From: Nitrospiraceae bacterium
GTDB taxonomy: Bacteria > Nitrospirota > Nitrospiria > Nitrospirales > Nitrospiraceae
Reading direction: 5' to 3'
Assembly (NCBI GenBank): GCA_050246315.1
Contig: JBFWWG010000016.1
Location: 1 to 64,000, forward strand
Length of the DNA stretch: 64,000 nt
Part shown: in pieces, positions 57,815-64,000 of the stretch
How positions within the stretch are numbered: the first letter of the stretch is position 1
How the letters are laid out: the number at the start of each line of letters is the position of its first letter
Made by a program: the position numbers and the translations under genes
Notes under the pieces: model-generated
The model's database searches: none
The model's input: only the letters and a program-made list of their open reading frames with translations
What the model was told of the DNA's origin: nothing

Positions 57815-59167
57815 ATGAGCGAAGCGCTGGGCACCGAGGTAAAAACCAACCCGCAGGGCGATCCGATCACCAGCGTGGCGGCTCCAAAGCCGGCGGCCGA
57901 CGTGAAGAAGGATCCGCATGCGGAGGCGAAGAAGCAGCGGGTGGTGACGCCCGAGCATCTATTCATGGAAGCGCCGCGGGTGCGGGAGTTCATCACCGGC
58001 AGCGAGGCGGCCAAGGAGGCCGTTCGGCGCAGCAACGTCGATTTGGCCATCGCCTATCCCATCACGCCGCAGAGCGAAACGATGCAATTGGTCGGCGTGC
58101 TCTACGGTGAAGGCTACGTCAAGGAATACTATCGCGGCGAAGAGGAAGTCGGGGTGATGGCGGCGATTGCCGGCGGGTCACGAGCCGGAGTGCGCTGCTT
58201 TACCGCTACTGCGGGACCGGGAACGCTCCGTGGTTTGGAAGGCATTGTCTCATGGCCGGGCCACCGGTTGCCCGCGGTTGCGTTCTTTACCTGCCGCGTC
58301 GTGAATGCCCCCTTGGCGATTCAGCCGGACAACATCGAGATCGCATACCTCTTGAATTGCGGCATGGTCGTCTTCCATGCCGAAAATCAGCAGGACGTAT
58401 TTGATTTTCTCATGAAGAGCTTTACTATCAGTGAGAAAAACGATGTGACTCTTCCCGTGGCGGTCTGCTGCGACGGATTCTTTGTGACCCACGCCCGAGG
58501 CTATGTTTCCATGCAGGATCGGGGACTCAAACTCCCTCCCCGTGAAGCCTGGCGCGGGGCCGTGCCGGTCCTGGATGCAGAAAACCCGCCGGCCCGATTG
58601 TCACGAGACGCCCCGGTTCAGAAGTCGAACTTCATGGCCTACAACATCCATGCAGTCTGGCAACAGGAAGTCTGGGCTGCCGTGGAACGGTCGCGGAAGT
58701 ATATTGATCAGTACATGGGCGGCCTATGTACGGCCGAGGGAGTCGAGGACGCGGACGCGATTCTGGTGGCGTCCGGCAGCGCTGCGGCGCAATCGCGCGA
58801 AGCGATCCGTCTCTGTACGGAAAAAGGTCTCAAGGTTGGGCTCATCAAGATCCGATCCCTCCGGCCGTTCCCCACGATGGAACTCCGGAAGCTCTGTGCC
58901 AAAGCCAAGCTGATCGTGATCCCGGAGTTCAACTATGTGGGGTGGCTGGCCAAGGATGTCGCGGCGGCGATCTACGGTCACTCGAAGGCCAAGATCATTG
59001 CCGGTCCACACGTGTATGGTGGCCAATCCATGCCGGTCGAGCTGATTGTGGATGAAGTGGAGTCGGGTCTGACCGGGAAGAAGTCCACCAATGTGCCGCT
59101 GTCTCAAGTCATGGGCAGTGCGGAGACGGATTCCTCCGCCATGGGCCACTTTATGCGCAGCATATAG
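57815..59167 (+). CDS. forA: 2-oxoacid:ferredoxin oxidoreductase alpha subunit
   Basis: AYPITPQSE, TATAGPG, DGFFVTH, SLRPFP. Confidence 0.88.
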   Translation: MSEALGTEVKTNPQGDPITSVAAPKPAADVKKDPHAEAKKQRVVTPEHLFMEAPRVREFITGSEAAKEAVRRSNVDLAIAYPITPQSETMQLVGVLYGEGYVKEYYRGEEEVGVMAAIAGGSRAGVRCFTATAGPGTLRGLEGIVSWPGHRLPAVAFFTCRVVNAPLAIQPDNIEIAYLLNCGMVVFHAENQQDVFDFLMKSFTISEKNDVTLPVAVCCDGFFVTHARGYVSMQDRGLKLPPREAWRGAVPVLDAENPPARLSRDAPVQKSNFMAYNIHAVWQQEVWAAVERSRKYIDQYMGGLCTAEGVEDADAILVASGSAAAQSREAIRLCTEKGLKVGLIKIRSLRPFPTMELRKLCAKAKLIVIPEFNYVGWLAKDVAAAIYGHSKAKIIAGPHVYGGQSMPVELIVDEVESGLTGKKSTNVPLSQVMGSAETDSSAMGHFMRSI

Positions 59168-59210
59168 ATCGCCGATTCAACGAAACGGATAAACAGCATC
59201 CCTGGCGAAG

Positions 59211-59249
59211 AAAAGCCCGCCCGGTGGCACCGGGCGGGCTTTCGTGTTT
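59211..59249. terminator. Intrinsic (probably bidirectional) terminator
   Basis: AAAAGCCCGCCCGGT-GGC-ACCGGGCGGGCTTT between convergent genes. Confidence 0.85.
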
Positions 59250-59318
59250 GAGTTGGCAAGAAGATGAACGGTTACGCGTGAATCTCGTCCGAGGAAGAAG
59301 AATCGAGCACCGGCTTCG

Positions 59319-59567
59319 CTACCCCTGCACGTCGTCGCGGATCAGCTCCTCGCTTTCGGGCATCCCCGAGGCGATGAACTTGGCATAGGACAGGTAGATG
59401 ATGCTGCTGTCCCGCATGGCTCGGGCCCCGTGCGTCATCCGTTCCAGATTGGTCGCATCGGCCCCTTCCGACGACTTTAGAGAATCCACGTATTCGACGA
59501 GCAATTTGTTATAGCGCTCCATCGCCTGTTCCACATCTAGATAGGCCTGCATGATGGCGTCGGTCAT
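59319..59567 (-). CDS. Small hypothetical helical protein
   Basis: 82-aa ORF with GGAG RBS, convergent on the terminator. Confidence 0.65.
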   Translation of the reverse strand: MTDAIMQAYLDVEQAMERYNKLLVEYVDSLKSSEGADATNLERMTHGARAMRDSSIIYLSYAKFIASGMPESEELIRDDVQG

Positions 59568-59642
59568 GATGTCGCTCCGCTACGTTCTGTGTCACCTTAC
59601 ACCAATGAAAAAATAGCCGTCAACATGTGGTGATGCCGAACC

Positions 59643-60839
59643 ATGACGCGGCCCCTTTCCACAGCCGTCCTCCATGCCGTCCAAAGGGTCCTCGACCAAG
59701 GGCCGGACCTGAATGACTCCGCCATGGCTGCGGGTGTGAAGGCATTGTCAGAAGGCTTTACGAAGGCACGGCGCCTTTGTGGGCGGCGGTACCTTGATCA
59801 GCCGGATTTGCTCGCCGCGTATCTGACGTACTATTTGCCCGTCAATTTTGCAAAGGTGCAGTCCCTGCTGGATGAGGTTCCGGGCGATACCTTGACCGGA
59901 CAGGCATCCGCTCCGCTGAGACTCTTGGATGTGGGGTCTGGTCCAGGTACGGCGTCACTGGCGCTGTTGGATTGGCTCGTCAAGCGGAATACCGAGGGCG
60001 TCATAGTCTCAGCGGAGGCCTGTGATCATTCTCCCGCAGCTCTGGCGATAGCGAAGACCCTCTGGGATCTCTATGCTCATCGCCAAGGGATTCGATCTGC
60101 CCGGTTTATCGCGCGTGGGCTAAACCTGGAGCGGACGGCCGACTTACGCGTACTCTGCTCCAGCATAACAGAGCGGTTTCACCTGGTGTGCTTGGCGAAT
60201 AGTCTCAATGAACTATTCAGCACCGCTCGGAATCCTGTCGAACGCCGCTGTCAGGTGGTCCTGCGTCTCCTGGATGTCGTCCGTCCGGATGGATCGTTGA
60301 TCATCCTGGAGCCGGCATTACGGGATCAAACCAGGGATCTGCACCGGTTGCGAGACCTCTTGTTACAGGAGCACGCGTGCACCATCTATAGTCCTTGTCT
60401 CCACGAAGGTGCCTGCCCGGCGCTCAACCACCCGGATAACTGGTGTCACGAAGAACGGACATGGTCGCCCCCGAACGAGATCACCCGGTTGGACCGGCAG
60501 GTGGGGTTCATTAAAGACGCCCTGAAATTTTCCTACCTCATTCTCCGAAAAGACGGCAGGACCGTCGCGCCGCGCGCGCGCAATCTCCTCAGGATCGTCA
60601 GTGAGCGACGTGAGTTCAAGGGCGAGACGCGGCTCTGGACCTGTAGCGAGGCGGGCCGCCTGGAGGTGGGGCGCTTGGATCGCGAACGGTCGGAGGGCAA
60701 TGCGGAGTTCGATCAGGCCGCGCGCGGAGCGATCATGCGATGGATCCAGTCCGACGCCAGAGCGCCCGAGCCAAGAGCCGGTCAGGTCAATCGTGTTCGG
60801 CCCGAGGACCTGATCACGATCGAGCGCTTGGGAGGGTAG
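59643..60839 (+). CDS. Rsm22/METTL17-family SAM-dependent methyltransferase-like protein
   Basis: AYLTYY, LDVGSGPGT, LEPA, SPCLHEGACP..WCH, KFSYL. Confidence 0.8.
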   Translation: MTRPLSTAVLHAVQRVLDQGPDLNDSAMAAGVKALSEGFTKARRLCGRRYLDQPDLLAAYLTYYLPVNFAKVQSLLDEVPGDTLTGQASAPLRLLDVGSGPGTASLALLDWLVKRNTEGVIVSAEACDHSPAALAIAKTLWDLYAHRQGIRSARFIARGLNLERTADLRVLCSSITERFHLVCLANSLNELFSTARNPVERRCQVVLRLLDVVRPDGSLIILEPALRDQTRDLHRLRDLLLQEHACTIYSPCLHEGACPALNHPDNWCHEERTWSPPNEITRLDRQVGFIKDALKFSYLILRKDGRTVAPRARNLLRIVSERREFKGETRLWTCSEAGRLEVGRLDRERSEGNAEFDQAARGAIMRWIQSDARAPEPRAGQVNRVRPEDLITIERLGG

Positions 60840-60853
60840 TGTCGTGTCCTGAG

Positions 60854-60980
60854 GTTCGTTCGTGGTGAGCCCTTCGACTGGCTCAGGACAGGCTTGTCGA
60901 ACCCTGCGGTGAGCTCGGTCGAACCGCATGAACAGAGCTCCTCGAAATCTCGCGCCCTTCGACATGCTCAGGGCGAACGG
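60854..60980. repeat. REP-like palindromic element (CCCTTCGACnnGCTCAGG type)
   Basis: Two CCCTTCGAC..GCTCAGG units; terminal GTTCG../CGAAC inverted arms. Confidence 0.65.
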
Positions 60981-60994
60981 ATGATTACCGGAAC

Positions 60995-61138
60995 TTACAA
61001 GCCACTAGGAACCGACGCCATAGGCCGAAGGAAGATCGAGAAGGCCAGCATTCGATTTCTGTCAACATGAAGTGGCGGATCTGCTTTCGGTCTATTGATG
61101 GCGATGCCTATGATGTCGAATTGACCGACTATCATTGA
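60995..61138 (+). pseudogene. HigB toxin, 5'-truncated remnant
   Basis: DREGQHSISVNMKWRICF...DAYDVELTDYH*. Confidence 0.75.
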
Positions 61139-61151
61139 GACGAGGTGTGGT

Positions 61152-61466
61152 ACGAATTTTCCCAACAAGGGTTTGCGAAAGGTTCGCTCCACTCATCCGG
61201 GAGAAGTGCTGCGCGAAGATTTTCTGCCGGACTACAAGCTGACCGTCTGAGGCTTTGCAAAGGCTATCTGGGTCTCACGCCAGACGGTCAACGAAGTGCT
61301 TCGTGAGCGACGCGCTGTCAGTCCTGACATGGCGCTCCGGCTTTCTCGGTTATTCGGTAACACACCGAAGTTTTGGCTCAACGCTCAAAGAGCGGTCGAT
61401 CTGTGGGAGGCAGCGAAGCAGGCCAAGAACAGAATCAATCGCATATCCCCTCTGACAGCCGCGTGA
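61152..61466 (+). pseudogene. HigA antitoxin with ACG start and in-frame TGA
   Basis: THPGEVLREDFL...TV*...VSRQTVNE..RERRAVSPDMALRLSRLFGNTPKFWLNAQ; stop at 61248-61250. Confidence 0.82.
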
Positions 61467-61741
61467 AAGCGGTGAATGATCTGGGTGACGAACGGCGCGC
61501 GTATCCGGTCGTGGCATCGTACCTTGCAATGGGAAGCATGCGCCTGCTCGTTCTGATGCCTCCTCCGGCACCCCTTCCACGGCGCTCTGAGGTGGAAGCC
61601 TTCTGGAATTTCTTGAGTGCGGTTGGCGACCGCACAATCTCTCAGTCAGTTCCAGCTTTCCTACTTCAGACGCCGGGTGGGGACCCCGCCGCCCGGCGCA
61701 AGGCATTGAACGAACGTCGAGTATAGCGTAGTGTTCACGAC

Positions 61742-61815
61742 CATTGATGACGTGTTCCGCGGATAGTAATTGGCAGATCCGGTTCTTATGGGAGTCCGTC
61801 TACACATTGTTAGCG
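61742..61815 (+). other. Degenerate attC site
   Basis: Imperfect palindrome GTGTTCCGCGGA...TCCGTCTACAC ending in GTTAGCG, directly before RBS and ATG. Confidence 0.5.
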
Positions 61816-61831
61816 AGCAGGAGGACTCACC

Positions 61832-62290
61832 ATGGCGAGAAAAGTGCATCTGATCGCCGGCCTTCTTGCCACACTGACGATCGCGACATTCTTCCCCTCA
61901 ACTGTCCTCGTCGAACTACTTGGGGAACACGAGGCGGTGGCAACAGTCAAGAGCCTGATAGTGCTGCCCGGTCTCTTTATTCTTGTTCCTACTATCGCCG
62001 CGACAGGTGGCACCGGGTCCTATCTCTCAAAGTCCCGCCAAGGCCGGCTCGTAGATGCCAAGAAGAAACGAATCCCATTCATGGCGGTAAATGGTCTACT
62101 GGTTCTTATCCCCTGCGCTATCGTTCTCAACCGCTGGGCGGCGGCAGCTCAATTCGACACAGCGTTTTACGTTGTGCAGGCTATCGAACTTCTGGCCGGA
62201 GCCGTCAACCTTACCCTCATGGGTTTGAATACCCGAGACGGCATGAAGATGAGTGGTCGGTTCCATGCCAATCCAGCAGCAGCTCGCTAA
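61832..62290 (+). CDS. Hypothetical 4-TM membrane protein in an integron cassette
   Basis: Four hydrophobic segments; bounded by complementary GTTAGCGAGC (61809) and GCTCGCTAAC (62282). Confidence 0.8.
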   Translation: MARKVHLIAGLLATLTIATFFPSTVLVELLGEHEAVATVKSLIVLPGLFILVPTIAATGGTGSYLSKSRQGRLVDAKKKRIPFMAVNGLLVLIPCAIVLNRWAAAAQFDTAFYVVQAIELLAGAVNLTLMGLNTRDGMKMSGRFHANPAAAR

Positions 62291-62365
62291 CAAGTGCGTC
62301 GAGTCGGACTCGGTACGTCGGCGCTTCGCGCCGCATCCGCTCGCCGCTCACGCGCCCCGTTATCG
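62285..62365 (+). other. Integron attC site
   Basis: CGCTAAC...GTTATCG; arms GCGT(C)GAG(T)CGG / CCGCTCACGC with extrahelical bases; central GGCGC-TTC-GCGCC hairpin. Confidence 0.8.
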
Positions 62366-62377
62366 GGCTCACCTTCG

Positions 62378-63199
62378 ATGGATAAAGAACCGTACCTAAG
62401 CGACGCGTACCCGCCGCAGGAGATAGCGCGGCAGGTTGAGCGCCTCGGCGTTGCGAAGGCGCACGCTGATACCCTCACATTGCTCGTCCTGGCAGTACTT
62501 GCTGGGGCGTTCATTTCGCTTGGGGCGCTCTTGTTCACCGTTGTGGTTACAGAATCCAACCTCGGCTTCGGCCCGACACGCATACTTGGCGGCGTGAGTT
62601 TCTGCCTCGGATTGATCCTTGTGGTGGTGGCCGGTGCCGAGTTGTTCACCGGGAACAACCTCATCGCGATGGCCTGGGCCAGCCGCCTGATCGGCACCGG
62701 AGAGGTCGTGCGGAACTGGCTTCTCGCCTACACTGGTAATGTGGTTGGCTGCTTGGGAACGGTTCTGCTTGTCCTGTGGGCAGATATTGCCAGTCTAGGC
62801 GATGGTGCCGTAGGTGAGATGGCGGTGCGCATCGCCAGTACCAAAGCGGATCTTCCCATAGCCCAGGCCTTCACGCGCGGCATCCTATGCAATGCGCTCG
62901 TCTGCCTGGCCGTGTGGTTGGCGATAGGCGCGCGTACTGTGACCGACAAGATTCTGTCGATCCTCTTCCCCATTGCCGCCTTCGTGGCCATCGGCTTCGA
63001 GCACTCGATCGCGAACTGGTTCTTCCTGCCTTTCGGGCTCGCATTGGATGTGCACGGCGCGGTGTCGATCGCAGCGGTCGGCAAAAACATTGTCGTGGTG
63101 ACCGCCGGCAATGTGGCTGGCGGTACCCTGCTGGTCGCCGGGGTGTACTGGGTCGCCTACTTGCGAGGTGAGCGCATGCGGAAGGATCGGTCGGCATGA
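62378..63199 (+). CDS. Formate/nitrite transporter (FNT) family channel
   Basis: LAGAFISLG, GAELFTGN, GILCNALVCLAVW, FVAIGFEHSIAN, GNVAGG. Confidence 0.92.
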   Translation: MDKEPYLSDAYPPQEIARQVERLGVAKAHADTLTLLVLAVLAGAFISLGALLFTVVVTESNLGFGPTRILGGVSFCLGLILVVVAGAELFTGNNLIAMAWASRLIGTGEVVRNWLLAYTGNVVGCLGTVLLVLWADIASLGDGAVGEMAVRIASTKADLPIAQAFTRGILCNALVCLAVWLAIGARTVTDKILSILFPIAAFVAIGFEHSIANWFFLPFGLALDVHGAVSIAAVGKNIVVVTAGNVAGGTLLVAGVYWVAYLRGERMRKDRSA

Positions 63200-63768
63200 G
63201 TCGCGAGCCAACCGTTCCACAGATCCTGCAGTCCGTCGGCCTGCCGGGTGACTTTCTCGAGCACCTCTTGCGTGAGTCTGACTGGTCCCTCGTGATCAAG
63301 CTACACGCTGTTTTCGAGTCAGTGCTTGCCAGCCTGATTGTGCAACGGCTCGCTACGCCACAAACTGCGGAGGTCGTTTCCCATCTGGAGTTCAACAACG
63401 CAAAGTCCGGAAAGGTCGCCTTCGCCCGCGCGCTTGGCCTGCTGGAGTCGCGAGACGTCGCGTTTCTCAGGGGTCTGTCGGAACTGCGCAATCAGCTGGT
63501 CCATAGAATTGAGAACATCTCATTCACCTTCTCCCGCTGCGTCGCCGGCCACTCCGCGGCGGAGCGCAAGAAGTTCAAAAAGGAATTTGGCTTCGCCATA
63601 CTCCAGGTCGAGGGCGGTACGCGTGAGTACGAGCAGTTGCTGAAGAACCGGCCGCGCACTATCGTTCACCTGGCGGCCTACGAGTGCCTGCTGAACATAC
63701 AGTTCCGGGTTTCGGCGCAACGCAGGAACGCTCTCGTCGAGGCTCTCTTGCAACGGTCCAAGAAATGA
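63196..63768 (+). CDS. Hypothetical protein (MtlR-like helical fold possible)
   Basis: 190-aa ORF, ATGA-coupled to the FNT gene; ELRNQLVH motif. Confidence 0.65.
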   Translation: MSREPTVPQILQSVGLPGDFLEHLLRESDWSLVIKLHAVFESVLASLIVQRLATPQTAEVVSHLEFNNAKSGKVAFARALGLLESRDVAFLRGLSELRNQLVHRIENISFTFSRCVAGHSAAERKKFKKEFGFAILQVEGGTREYEQLLKNRPRTIVHLAAYECLLNIQFRVSAQRRNALVEALLQRSKK

Positions 63769-63769
63769 C

Positions 63770-63847
63770 GCCCAATCCGTCGTTGTCCCCGCCGTTCGCC
63801 AGCCGGCTTCGTCGTCTGGCGCCCGCGGGTGAACTCCAACATTACGA
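63770..63847 (+). other. Degenerate attC site
   Basis: GCCCAAT...ATTACGA with central CGCCAG..CTGGCG hairpin and GGTGAACTC arm; immediately after the stop codon. Confidence 0.6.
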
Positions 63848-64000
63848 AGAGGCAATATCTGAATAAAATGGATCAGTGGCAGGGACGATGCCTTGTTGTC
63901 GATAGGTTGACAAGCTGTTGAGCGAGTCCGCCAACCTACCCGGCCTGTACCTCGCGCGCCGAGCTGCGCTGCTTTTCCATGACAAGGTTGTAGTACGTGT

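Noticed and set aside
61373..61726. 117-aa ORF after higA
   Set aside because: Its first third overlaps the higA pseudogene; the remainder may be a cassette fragment but has no supportable identity.

Overview
A ~60% GC bacterial chromosome segment that is most likely Nitrospira/Nitrospirota. This is inferred from the five-subunit For-type 2-oxoacid:ferredoxin oxidoreductase and from intergenic repeats typical of the lineage. Core blocks: (i) a 17-kb acyl-CoA catabolic operon with a decayed thiolase, hbd, a B12 mutase whose active-site residues indicate isobutyryl-CoA rather than methylmalonyl-CoA specificity, liuB/C/E, meaB, crotonase, prpDBC, an acyl-CoA ligase and an acyl-CoA dehydrogenase; (ii) rpsF-ssb-rpsR-yceD-rpmF-plsX-fabH-fabD-fabG-acpP-fabF-rnc; (iii) folD-metF-panB; (iv) apaH and a c-di-GMP/hybrid-kinase cluster; (v) metV-like-queF and forBCEDA. 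Three accessory islands (about 17.4-21.8, 36.8-41.3 and 60.85-64 kb) carry mostly inactivated toxin-antitoxin pairs, integron attC sites and cassettes without an integrase, MITEs and an IS110 remnant. Best novelty candidates: a stand-alone two-gene unit of a 78-aa Trp/Pro-motif peptide (WRVPINWDPVPWWFF) plus a cobalamin-dependent radical SAM enzyme (putative undescribed RiPP or protein-modification system); a ~390-nt highly structured element closed by a 14-bp terminal stem between fabH and fabD; a cassette-borne formate/nitrite transporter; and a palindromic heptamer repeat translated in frame inside a receiver domain. All calls come from reading the sequence by eye; no searches were run.
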